Positions 51,566 through 60,265 of a stretch of 64,000 nucleotides of DNA are shown here, piece by piece. Position 1 is the first letter of the stretch, and each line of letters begins with the position of its first letter. The position numbers and the translations under genes are program-made. The notes under the pieces are model-generated. The model saw nothing but the letters and a program-made list of their open reading frames with translations, was not told where the DNA came from and ran no database searches. The stretch is from an uncultured Gammaproteobacteria bacterium (GTDB lineage Bacteria; Patescibacteriota; Microgenomatia; Levybacterales; GWA1-39-11): the NCBI GenBank assembly GCA_964504535.1, contig CAZDED010000006.1, positions 6,409 to 70,408 of the forward strand, written 5' to 3'.

Positions 51566-51634
51566 GATTATATTGTACTAAATAATAAGCTTGAATTTTT
51601 GAATTAGTAACTTGTTTCCGTATTTCGAATTTGC

Positions 51635-52531
51635 CTACATGTTTCTTAGGAGTTTAATTCGCTCTTCAATGGGGGGATGAGTTGAAAAAAGTCCTGCAAG
51701 AAATGAGGTTGATTTCTTCCCATCAGCCTTAAATGGGTTTTCAATATATAGATGTGCCGTTGCGTTTGAAGCGTGTTTGAGTACGTTTTTATCCGCGGCG
51801 ATTTTCTCAAGAGCACGGGCTAGTCCCTCAGGGTAGCGTGTTAAGAGGGCGCCATCAGCATCTGCTAAATATTCACGTCTTCTCGATATTGCGAGTTGAA
51901 TAAGAGTAGCGCCTATCGGTGCAAGAATTGCAGCAACAAGTCCGATGATAAGAAAAATTCCGCTAGAATTATTGCGGTCACGGTCTCGTCCACCCCACCA
52001 GAGGCTTCTCATAAAAAAATCAGAAAGTATAACAATTGACCCTGCAAGAATACTGACGACTCCCATGAGTCTTGTATCATAATTTTTAACATGAGAAAGC
52101 TCATGACCTATTACACCCTCAAGTTCCGACTTTGAAAGTTTTTCAAGTATTCCGGTAGTTGCAACAACCGCAGCATGATGAGGATCCCGTCCGGTTGCAA
52201 ATGCATTCGGTGCAGGGTCGTTAACGACATATACTCTTGGTTTTGGAAGGCCGGAGGCTATTGAAAGATTCTCAACGCTTTCGATAAGGTCTCTGTGCTT
52301 TTTTTCATCTGCAAGACGCGCGCCTGACATACTCAGAACTACTTTGTCTGAATAGTAATAAGAGGCAAATGACATTAGCCCCGAGATGATAAGCATGACT
52401 CCTGCAAGTGAGGATCCATATCCCAACGCCCTACCTAAGATGTATGAAACACCAAAGAAAAAAATCATGAAAAATATGATCAGAAACCACGTTTTTCTTT
52501 TGTTAGATCCAATTGATGAATAAATTGTCAT
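51635..52531 (-). CDS. htpX: zinc metalloprotease HtpX (M48)
   Basis: N-terminal TM helices and the HELSHV (HExxH) motif are present in a 298-aa protein. Confidence 0.85.
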   Translation of the reverse strand: MTIYSSIGSNKRKTWFLIIFFMIFFFGVSYILGRALGYGSSLAGVMLIISGLMSFASYYYSDKVVLSMSGARLADEKKHRDLIESVENLSIASGLPKPRVYVVNDPAPNAFATGRDPHHAAVVATTGILEKLSKSELEGVIGHELSHVKNYDTRLMGVVSILAGSIVILSDFFMRSLWWGGRDRDRNNSSGIFLIIGLVAAILAPIGATLIQLAISRRREYLADADGALLTRYPEGLARALEKIAADKNVLKHASNATAHLYIENPFKADGKKSTSFLAGLFSTHPPIEERIKLLRNM

Positions 52532-52589
52532 ATGTCAGTGATACGTAACTGGTAAATAGTGATTAGTCAAAAAAGACTTTGAGATTAAA

Positions 52590-53165
52590 TTAAAAAGAAA
52601 CCTTAACTGGTTTTTTGTCTGCTTCTTCTGACTCGAAGAATTCTTTTTCGGAAAATCCGAATTGACGGGCAATAAGAGATGATGGGAACATTTTTATTTT
52701 TGTGTTATATGCCAGAACGTTTGAGTTATAGAATTGTCTTGAGTAGGAGATTTTATTTTCTGTATCAGAAAGCTCATCTTGGAGTTCTTTAAAATTTTCA
52801 CTTGCTTGAAGATTCGGATAGGCTTCTGCTACAGCAAAAAGGCTTTTAAGAGCCCCGGTAAGCATATCTGAAGCTTTACCTTTTTCTTGAGGTCCCTCTG
52901 CCTTCATCATGGCAGATCTTGCCTTTGTGACATTTTCAAAAACATCTTTCTCATGTTTTGCATATCCCTTTACAGTCTCGACAAGATTTGGGATAAGATC
53001 CGTGCGTCTTTTCAGTTGGACATCTATGCCGCTAATCGCTTCTTTTATTCTTTCATTAAGTGTGACGAGTGAATTGTAAGAAAGCCAGATGTAGGCAACG
53101 ATTGCTACAAGAAGAAATATAACGATTCCAATTAATATGTTCATGGTAGTTACATTATTGCACAA
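52590..53165 (-). CDS. lemA: LemA family protein
   Basis: An N-terminal TM segment is followed by the LemA domain (YNSLV...[16 protein letters not shown]...YNTKI), and the gene is adjacent to htpX. Confidence 0.8.
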   Translation of the reverse strand: MCNNVTTMNILIGIVIFLLVAIVAYIWLSYNSLVTLNERIKEAISGIDVQLKRRTDLIPNLVETVKGYAKHEKDVFENVTKARSAMMKAEGPQEKGKASDMLTGALKSLFAVAEAYPNLQASENFKELQDELSDTENKISYSRQFYNSNVLAYNTKIKMFPSSLIARQFGFSEKEFFESEEADKKPVKVSF

Positions 53166-53193
53166 CGCTTATTAGATGTCAATTGAGGCTAAA

Positions 53194-54981
53194 CTAAGAA
53201 GAAATCCAATCGAAAAGATCCTTGTAGGGGAGCGTATTTATAATATCTTTCTTTTCGCACCAACCTCGACGTGCAACTGCAATTCCAAATGGCATATTAT
53301 CCATATGCTCAGTTGCGTGGCTGTCTGTATCTATCACAAAACGGATTCCCATATCTTTTGCCTCTTTAACGAGGGTATCTGAAAGATCGAGTCGGGTTGG
53401 CCAGGAATTGATTTCAAGGGCTTTATTATGTTCCTTAACAAAAGTAAATAATTCCGCCCAATCCACCTCATACGGATCCCTTGAATTTATAAGTCTTCCA
53501 GAGGGATGCGCAAATATTTTCGCTTTTCTATGAGAAAGTCCTGAGAGGATCCTTTTTGTCATCTCCTTCTTTGGTGTTCGAAAAGAACTGTGTATGGATA
53601 CTATTACCATATCGGTCATCTCTAGAGCATCATCACTAAGAGCGAGACTTCCATTGGCTAAAATATCAACTTCGAGTAAATTAATTATATGAATACTTTT
53701 GTTACTCTTTTTAAGTTGTTCAATTTTTTCCTTCCTTTTTTTAAGTATAGACAAAATTTGTTCATTGCTGTGATTTCCAACACTTGGATTGTGCTCTGAA
53801 AATCCAATATACTCATACTTTAATTCTTTTGCCCGGTCAATCATCTCCTGCATTGAGTTTTGTCCGAGGTCGTGACTCGGTTCTATCGGATAATTCGAAT
53901 GCACATGAAAATCTCCACGAATGTCTTTTAACTCAACAAGCTTAGGAAGGCCAGGATGTTCACCCTGAGCTTGTCGAAGTGCTGCTTCGATTTCGCCTTG
54001 ATTCTCTCGCAGCTCAGGTGGTACAAATTCAAGTCCCAGAAAATTATAGAAATTTTTCTCATTATCAAAAGTCTTAAGAGTTCCGTCTTTCATTTTTATG
54101 CCTTTTTCGGAAAGAGAATATCCTTTCTTCAACGCATATTCTCGTAAATGAACGTTATGCTCTTTGCTGCCAGTAAAATGCTGTAAAAGAGAACCCATCA
54201 TTTCAGGTTTTAAAACCATAAGATCAATCTGTTTGTTGCCGGAAAGAATAATTGATGATGTTATGTCGCCACGCTCAATTATTCTATCTTTGTACGGGTA
54301 GGCATTGAAATGGTCAAGAACTGCATTGGGGTTGTTGGAGCTTACAGCAATATCTATGTCTCCCGTTGTAGATTTCATTCTTCTGAGGCTGCCCAACGTA
54401 TAGGCTTCGAGAACATTTTTATTCTTTTTAAGATATGCGAGCATATTTTCAGATATCTCCATAGCAATAGCCAGTATCATCCGTGAGGATTTGGTCTTGC
54501 CTAATTTATATTCGTCAATAGCACGAATGATGTCACTTTGGGATTTGTCTCCAAAACTATCAAGTGGAGCTATCTTTCCTTCCTTGGCTAACGAATAAAC
54601 GTCTTTAACTACCGTTTTTGGGTTGTTAAGACCGAACGCTGAAACAATCTTGAAAGCTTTTTTCGGACCAAATGATGGTACATCAAGAAGGGGGAAAACA
54701 GCCGAAGATACTCCTTCAAGAATTGAGTCGAAATATTCCACATGGCCTTTCTCAAACAGTTCTGTAATATGCCCCTTAATGCTTGTCCCGACCCCATCAA
54801 GGCGGTCAAGTGCGTTGTCTTGCAGAAGGTCCTTTATTTCAGTAGTAGCGCTTTCTATAGAATCGGCAGCCTTCTGGTAGGCAAGTATTTGAAACCTATA
54901 TTTAGCCTCATTTTGTATGGTATAAGACGCAGCTACCTGCCTTAACAAACGGGCAATTTCTTCATTAGTAAAGGATTTCAT
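53194..54981 (-). CDS. family X DNA polymerase with C-terminal PHP phosphoesterase domain (PolX)
   Basis: An N-terminal HhH/pol-beta nucleotidyltransferase region (GSLRR...GDIDIAV) and a C-terminal PHP domain (HVHSNYP...FSEHNPS) are present. Confidence 0.85.
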   Translation of the reverse strand: MKSFTNEEIARLLRQVAASYTIQNEAKYRFQILAYQKAADSIESATTEIKDLLQDNALDRLDGVGTSIKGHITELFEKGHVEYFDSILEGVSSAVFPLLDVPSFGPKKAFKIVSAFGLNNPKTVVKDVYSLAKEGKIAPLDSFGDKSQSDIIRAIDEYKLGKTKSSRMILAIAMEISENMLAYLKKNKNVLEAYTLGSLRRMKSTTGDIDIAVSSNNPNAVLDHFNAYPYKDRIIERGDITSSIILSGNKQIDLMVLKPEMMGSLLQHFTGSKEHNVHLREYALKKGYSLSEKGIKMKDGTLKTFDNEKNFYNFLGLEFVPPELRENQGEIEAALRQAQGEHPGLPKLVELKDIRGDFHVHSNYPIEPSHDLGQNSMQEMIDRAKELKYEYIGFSEHNPSVGNHSNEQILSILKKRKEKIEQLKKSNKSIHIINLLEVDILANGSLALSDDALEMTDMVIVSIHSSFRTPKKEMTKRILSGLSHRKAKIFAHPSGRLINSRDPYEVDWAELFTFVKEHNKALEINSWPTRLDLSDTLVKEAKDMGIRFVIDTDSHATEHMDNMPFGIAVARRGWCEKKDIINTLPYKDLFDWISS

Positions 54982-55135
54982 AAAAATATAATATCACACA
55001 AAATGATTTTGAGGCTATTGACTGAGGGATGAAGAGGATGGTAGAATAACTGAACCAGAAGTTTGAAAGCTCTTGGGGGTGGTAAGCCTCAACAAGTTGA
55101 GTCTTGGCCTCCCCAAAATTTTTTTCAAAAATTTT

Positions 55136-55209
55136 GGGGTGGTAGCTCAGTTGATTAGAGCGCTTCCCTGTCACGGAAGAGGTCGCGGGTTTGAGTCCCG
55201 TTCACCCCG
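55136..55209 (+). tRNA. tRNA-Asp (anticodon GTC)
   Basis: The sequence folds as a cloverleaf with GGGGTGG/TCACCCC acceptor pairing, anticodon stem CTTCC/GGAAG with loop CTGTCAC, and a T-arm GCGGG-TTTGAGT-CCCGT. No CCA is encoded. Confidence 0.8.
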
Positions 55210-55269
55210 CACTTGCCCCTGTCCCACCACTGTCCACTGCCACATTCTTGCCCAGAGAGGAGAAATAAT

Positions 55270-55896
55270 ATGCCAACAAAGAAAACAAAACAATCAATTC
55301 TAGACGAATCATTTAGTGTTTCTACTTTAATGAAGGGATCAGACTCTTACAAAAGTTTGATTTACGGAATAGTAACCGTTGTAGTGCTTTTCGTAGTGAT
55401 TGCACTTGGAATCAGATCTCTATCTCAAAATAGACCACAAATAGATAACGAAGCAGCAATGACTGAGAACATTATGCAGAAAGTTGCTGAGAATAGTTAC
55501 ACCGTTTCTGAAGGAGAAACATTATGGAGCATAGCTGAAAAATCTTATAACGACGGATTTAAATGGCATCTTATTGCAAGTGCCAACAATATCACTGATC
55601 CAGGAACATTATCGAGTGGAACAAAACTTATTATTCCAAAAGTCGACAAAACTGTTGCAATGCAGCCAGGGTCGACTCAACAGACCATGGCACCACCAAC
55701 TACTGGTGCAAATCCTGTGGGAGCAACAAGTATAACTGGAACGAGTTACACAGTTGTTCGTGGAGATAGTCTTTGGGATATAGCAGTTAGAGCTTATGGT
55801 GATGGATATAGATGGACAGATATTGCAAGAGTAAATAATTTGCAAAATCCAGGCCTTATATTCTCAGATAATATTCTAAATCTTCCACGACCTTAG
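55270..55896 (+). CDS. membrane-anchored protein with two LysM domains
   Basis: An N-terminal TM segment is followed by two LysM repeats (YTVSEGETLWSIAEKSY..., YTVVRGDSLWDIAVRAYGDGYRW...). A GGAGA Shine-Dalgarno sequence precedes the ATG at 55270. The upstream ORF extension that overlaps the tRNA is rejected. Confidence 0.8.
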   Translation: MPTKKTKQSILDESFSVSTLMKGSDSYKSLIYGIVTVVVLFVVIALGIRSLSQNRPQIDNEAAMTENIMQKVAENSYTVSEGETLWSIAEKSYNDGFKWHLIASANNITDPGTLSSGTKLIIPKVDKTVAMQPGSTQQTMAPPTTGANPVGATSITGTSYTVVRGDSLWDIAVRAYGDGYRWTDIARVNNLQNPGLIFSDNILNLPRP

Positions 55897-55981
55897 TCAA
55901 TCTAAAAACGTTAAACTTAGAACTAAAACTGTTGTATACTATCCCAAATGCGGGGTTAGTATGATAACGCTCGCTGCGCTT

Positions 55982-56053
55982 GCGGTGGTAGTTCAGTGGT
56001 AGAATGCTTCCTTCCCAAGGAAGAGGTCGCCGGTTCAAATCCGGTCCGCCGCT
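55982..56053 (+). tRNA. tRNA-Gly (anticodon CCC)
   Basis: The sequence folds as a cloverleaf with GCGGTGG/CCGCCGC acceptor pairing, an anticodon loop TTCCCAA and a T-arm GCCGG-TTCAAAT-CCGGT. Confidence 0.75.
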
Positions 56054-56054
56054 C

Positions 56055-56372
56055 ATGAGAAGACGGATTTCTGAGACGATTTTAAGCTTTGTTATCGCCA
56101 TTTTTGGTTTTTACTTGTTGTACATAAATCTTGCCGATCCAGTACACCTGTCCGTCATTTCTCTTATGATCTCTTTCATTTTGCTTGTGATGGGAGTAGT
56201 ACTTCTTTTTAGGTCCGGAAGACATGATCACACTAGAACAATTCTGCCCGAGCCAACACATGGTAATAATGGAGAGACACTTCTTTCCCGTCATAAAGAT
56301 ATTATTAGTACCTACGAAAAACATTCAAAGATGCGTGACAAGCTAAAAGCTATAAAACACATGGAGCCGTAG
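56055..56372 (+). CDS. small 2-TM membrane protein (paralogue A)
   Basis: Two TM helices are followed by FRSGR and a C-terminal ...TYEKHSKMRDKLKAIKHME motif. The ATG lies 2 nt after the tRNA-Gly 3' end. Confidence 0.5.
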   Translation: MRRRISETILSFVIAIFGFYLLYINLADPVHLSVISLMISFILLVMGVVLLFRSGRHDHTRTILPEPTHGNNGETLLSRHKDIISTYEKHSKMRDKLKAIKHMEP

Positions 56373-56411
56373 ATTGCAAAGATTCTCAATTTTTACTATC
56401 CTTTAACAGCT

Positions 56412-56765
56412 GTGAAAAAAGTTTTATTATTCACTTTCCTGGGATTTACACTTTTTGCCGGAGGAATAGGGGTTGCCTTCTTTTATTTTCAAGGAGCAAA
56501 TGACGGTACAAGAAGTGCACTGTTGTTGATTCCTTCATTTCTTCTGGGTGGGGCTGGTGCTTTTTTCTTATTCAAGGCAGGGAGGATAGATACGCAAAAA
56601 GTTGTTTTCAAAGAAAATCAAGAGGCATCTGCTGGAATTAGCACCGACGGACTTATCACCAAGAACAACAAACTGGTTGAAGAATGGAATAAAACTAACG
56701 AGAAACGTGACAAGTTAAAGATGATTGAGTTGTCCGCAAATGAGCAGTCAGAAGCCGCTAAATAG
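56412..56765 (+). CDS. small 2-TM membrane protein (paralogue B)
   Basis: It has the same architecture as paralogue A, with FKAGR after TM2 and a C-terminal ...EWNKTNEKRDKLKMIE motif. Confidence 0.5.
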   Translation: MKKVLLFTFLGFTLFAGGIGVAFFYFQGANDGTRSALLLIPSFLLGGAGAFFLFKAGRIDTQKVVFKENQEASAGISTDGLITKNNKLVEEWNKTNEKRDKLKMIELSANEQSEAAK

Positions 56766-56783
56766 AGAAATATAAACTTCCTG

Positions 56784-56812
56784 TTGACACGATTTTCCCG
56801 ATTTGATAGTAT
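56784..56812 (+). promoter_or_regulatory. putative sigma70-type promoter (TTGACA-17-TAGTAT), 5 nt upstream of the pyrG GTG start
   Basis: The sequence reads TTGACAcgattttcccgatttgaTAGTATaaatcGTG. Confidence 0.45.
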
Positions 56813-56817
56813 AAATC

Positions 56818-58485
56818 GTGCCGCTCACAAAAAAGAAAACAAAATTTATTTTCGTGTCCGGAGGAGTAATTTCCGGAATAGGTAAAGGTCTTACAGCTTC
56901 TTCAATCTCATTTCTTCTAAAATCTGCAGGGTACAAAATTGCTCCCATCAAATTTGAAAATTATCTCAATTTAGATGCGGGTACGATAAATCCAATAGAA
57001 CACGGTGATCCATTCCTTTGCGAGGATGGAACAGAAGCTGACATGGATATAGGGTCATATGAGAAATTCCTCAACGAGGACATGGGTAAAAATAACTTTG
57101 TCACAATGGGAAGAATTTATCAGACGGTCATAGATCGCGAAAGAAGATTTGAATATAACGGCGAAGACGTTGAAGCAATTCCCCATATAACTGATGAAAT
57201 AATTGCACGGATCAATCATGTTGCAAAAGAAAGTGATGCAGACATTGTTGTTATAGAACTTGGTGGAACCGCAGGTGAGTATCAGAATATTTTTTACTAT
57301 GAAGCCTCCCGAATCATGACCCTAAAAAATCCTGGAGACGTTGTTCATGTTCATGTGAGTTATGTTCCAACCCCCCAACACCTAGGCGAACCCAAAACAA
57401 AACCCACCCAGTTATCGGTAAGAACTTTAAATTCAATGGGAATTCAGCCTGACTTTATTATTGCCCGATCTACAAGATACCTGGATCAGAGAAGACGTGA
57501 CCGCTTCGCGCTTTTTTGCAATATGCATCCGGAGGACATTATCTCAAATCCGGATCTTGAGACAGTTTACGAAATCCCGTTGATTCTTCACAAGCAGGGT
57601 CTTGAAAAAAGAATCTTTCTGAAATTAGGACTTCCGGCAAAAAAACCAGCTATTTCTCAATGGGAAAAAATGGTTGAGAACATAAAAAAGCCGAAAGCCT
57701 CAACAATTGAGATTGCTATTGTCGGTAAATATTTTGGAACAGGAGAATATCAGTTGAGAGATTCGTATGCAGCGCTTCTTGATGCTATCGAGCATGCGTC
57801 TTGGGGTGCAGATGTAGAAGTCGTAACCCGTTGGGTAAATGCTGAAAAAGTAGAGAAAGAAGGAGCAGCGTCTGCTATCGGAAACCCAAATGGAATCATA
57901 GTGCCGATAGGTTGGGGGGAGAGAGGATCTGAGGGCATGATACAAGCGGCAGAGTATGCACTGGATAAGAAAATTCCTTACCTAGGACTTTGTTATGGCA
58001 TGCAGCTTGCAGTAGTTGGTTTTGCAAGACACATATTAGGATGGAGGGATGCAAATACAACTGAAAATGACCCGAAGTCCAAGCACCCAGTGATACATAT
58101 GATCGAAAACCAAAAGGAACTTATGGAAAGACGTGCATATGGTGGCACGATGCGACTAGGAAGTTGGGATGCGATAGTCAAAAAAGGAACGAGGGCATAT
58201 GAAATATACAAAAAAGCAAAACTTATGAAAAACGAAAAGACGGGACTTACGTCTGAAAGACATAGACACCGATATGAGTTCAACAATGAGTTTGCACCCG
58301 AAATTGAAAAAGCAGGACTGGTTATTTCTGCACGTTCTGTTGTGGAAAATTTAGTCGAGATCATTGAGTTGCCAAAAAGTTCTCACCCTTTCTTTATGGG
58401 AACTCAGGGACACCCTGAATACAAAAGCAGACCGATGAGTCCTCATCCTCTTTTTGTCGAATTCCTCAAAGCCGCAACGAAATAA
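56818..58485 (+). CDS. pyrG: CTP synthase
   Basis: The N-terminal FVSGGVISGIGKGL motif and the C-terminal GATase region (LGLCYGMQ, HPE) are present. The start appears to be the GTG at 56818. Confidence 0.9.
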   Translation: MPLTKKKTKFIFVSGGVISGIGKGLTASSISFLLKSAGYKIAPIKFENYLNLDAGTINPIEHGDPFLCEDGTEADMDIGSYEKFLNEDMGKNNFVTMGRIYQTVIDRERRFEYNGEDVEAIPHITDEIIARINHVAKESDADIVVIELGGTAGEYQNIFYYEASRIMTLKNPGDVVHVHVSYVPTPQHLGEPKTKPTQLSVRTLNSMGIQPDFIIARSTRYLDQRRRDRFALFCNMHPEDIISNPDLETVYEIPLILHKQGLEKRIFLKLGLPAKKPAISQWEKMVENIKKPKASTIEIAIVGKYFGTGEYQLRDSYAALLDAIEHASWGADVEVVTRWVNAEKVEKEGAASAIGNPNGIIVPIGWGERGSEGMIQAAEYALDKKIPYLGLCYGMQLAVVGFARHILGWRDANTTENDPKSKHPVIHMIENQKELMERRAYGGTMRLGSWDAIVKKGTRAYEIYKKAKLMKNEKTGLTSERHRHRYEFNNEFAPEIEKAGLVISARSVVENLVEIIELPKSSHPFFMGTQGHPEYKSRPMSPHPLFVEFLKAATK

Positions 58486-58516
58486 CTAGTACATTTCAAA
58501 TATTGCGGATTAAATC

Positions 58517-58545
58517 TTGTTCTTTGAGCCTCATTTGTGTATAAT
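58517..58545 (+). promoter_or_regulatory. putative promoter (TTGTTC-17-TATAAT with a TGTG extended -10), 9 nt upstream of the rplS ATG
   Basis: The sequence reads TTGTTCtttgagcctcatttgtgTATAATacaaagattATG. Confidence 0.45.
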
Positions 58546-58554
58546 ACAAAGATT

Positions 58555-58896
58555 ATGGAAAAAAAGACGGAAGCAGTTGTTGAGCCAGTGCTTGATCTTC
58601 GGGCAGGTATGGCTGTAAAGGTTTTTCAAAAATTTGTTGAAGGTAAAAAAGAAAGAATCGTAGCTTTTCAAGGAAAGATTGTAAAATCCAGAGGTGCAGG
58701 CGACAACAAAATGGTAACTGTCAGACAATTTATTGATGGAGTAGACGTTGACCGGATTTTTCCTCTCAATGCTCCCTCTATTGTAAAACTTGAGAATATC
58801 GAGATCAAAAAGAAAAAGTCTCGTAAAAAAGCGGTCAAGAAAGTAACAAAGGTTAGTAAAAAGACTCTCGGTATCAAAGCCCAGAAGGGTAAATAA
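58555..58896 (+). CDS. rplS: 50S ribosomal protein L19
   Basis: The motif LRAGMAVKVFQKFVEGKKERIVAFQGKIVKSRGAG is the L19 core. The start is taken at the ATG at 58555, because the upstream GTG lies inside the -10 box. Confidence 0.85.
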   Translation: MEKKTEAVVEPVLDLRAGMAVKVFQKFVEGKKERIVAFQGKIVKSRGAGDNKMVTVRQFIDGVDVDRIFPLNAPSIVKLENIEIKKKKSRKKAVKKVTKVSKKTLGIKAQKGK

Positions 58897-58960
58897 GTTA
58901 AAATTCCTCAGTTTTCATTCGTCGAAAACTATTCCTAATAACTATTCCTGACAACTATTT

Positions 58961-60265
58961 TTATTCTTCCACATCATCTTCAGGATCATATGGTTGATCA
59001 TTTACCGGTCGTATCAAAAAGTCCTTCATGTCGCGGTGACCTATAATTACCGGATATTTGAGGTTTGAACGGTCAACAATTGAAACAATTGTATTTATTT
59101 TTTTACCACCTAATATAAATGAAGTCTTTGCGGTTGGTCGAAAGCTTTCGCCACTTGCTGACTTTACAAAAACTTTTTCGTTGAGGATCTGAAGATCCAA
59201 AAGCTCTGCAAATTTTCTGTCAATTGAGGTTCTGAATGCACCGGTATCAAGCTTTGCCTTGACAGTAATTGGCTCACCATTTCTATAAAAAGTCACTTCC
59301 TGGATAATAGTCAGTATTTTAGGAGATATGCTGACTTTTTCTGAAAAGCTTTCGGTAAAAAGATTTTTGGCAATCTCAACTCCTCGTTCTGGAGTTGGGA
59401 TGATGATATTTTCAACACGCTCAAGTCTTGATCTCAAAGAGGCTCTGTTTGCATTTTGTATTGATAGACCAGGGCGGGCATTTACTTCAAGGACCATAGG
59501 GCCCTGCTGTCCATCAAAGACAATATCAATTCCAGCATATCCAAGTCCTGAGATTTCCTGAGTTCTTGAGGAAAGAAGTAATACTTCCTCCCAATTTGGA
59601 ATTTTTATCCCTCGGGTTTTGATCTTAGTGTTGGGGATATATAAGATTTGCTGATCATACAGAATAGCATGAGTTGTAATACCAGTTCTGATATCAATAC
59701 CAAACCCAATAGCCCCTTGATGAAGATTGGCTTTTCCATGGGATTCCTCTGTAGAAAGACGGATCATGGCCATAACGGGGATTCTATTAAAAACAATCAC
59801 CCTCATATCAGGAATTCCGTACCCGGTAAGCTTCTTAAAGAATGGATGCGGATGAAGACGTTCTTCAATAAAAGCATTATCAGGCAAGAATTTTAATGAA
59901 TATGCTCCTTCTAAAATGTCTAAAATGTGAGACTCAAGCTGTTTTATGGTATAGGTCTGCCCATTTGCAGTTGTACCTATCTCGCCGTCCCATTTTCTGA
60001 TTGCAAGTATTCCTGCCCCGGCATATCCTCTCGCAGGCTTTATGACAAATCCCCGCTCAGGCAGATCCTTCCATACAAAATTTTTAATAGAATCCCTGTC
60101 ATAGAAGATGGAAAAAAGCGTAGGAGTTTTTATCCCATTTTGAATAAGGGTGTTTTTTGTCTCCAATTTATCATCCGCTATCTTTTTTGCATCCGATGAA
60201 TTGTAGCGGCGGATATAGAGAAAATTGCGGGCATTCATGCCCAATATGTTACGACTTACTGCCAT
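58961..60265 (-). CDS. RimK-like ATP-grasp amidoligase (alpha-L-glutamate-ligase-related) fused to a C-terminal retropepsin-like (DTGA) domain
   Basis: The first ~300 aa carry ATP-grasp motifs (GFVIKPARGYAGAGI, LEVNARPGLSIQNANR). The last ~130 aa carry AKLDTGAFRTSI, as in the PF05618 'Zn_protease'/retropepsin-like domain (recalled from memory). Confidence 0.6.
   Translation of the reverse strand: MAVSRNILGMNARNFLYIRRYNSSDAKKIADDKLETKNTLIQNGIKTPTLFSIFYDRDSIKNFVWKDLPERGFVIKPARGYAGAGILAIRKWDGEIGTTANGQTYTIKQLESHILDILEGAYSLKFLPDNAFIEERLHPHPFFKKLTGYGIPDMRVIVFNRIPVMAMIRLSTEESHGKANLHQGAIGFGIDIRTGITTHAILYDQQILYIPNTKIKTRGIKIPNWEEVLLLSSRTQEISGLGYAGIDIVFDGQQGPMVLEVNARPGLSIQNANRASLRSRLERVENIIIPTPERGVEIAKNLFTESFSEKVSISPKILTIIQEVTFYRNGEPITVKAKLDTGAFRTSIDRKFAELLDLQILNEKVFVKSASGESFRPTAKTSFILGGKKINTIVSIVDRSNLKYPVIIGHRDMKDFLIRPVNDQPYDPEDDVEE

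Noticed and set aside
55213-55269. An upstream extension of the LysM ORF (MPLSHHCPLPHSCPERRNN).
   Set aside because: It overlaps the tRNA-Asp gene, and the ATG at 55270 is preceded by a GGAGA Shine-Dalgarno sequence.
56004-56054. An upstream extension of the small membrane protein ORF that overlaps tRNA-Gly.
   Set aside because: It overlaps the tRNA gene, and the ATG at 56055 lies immediately after the tRNA 3' end.
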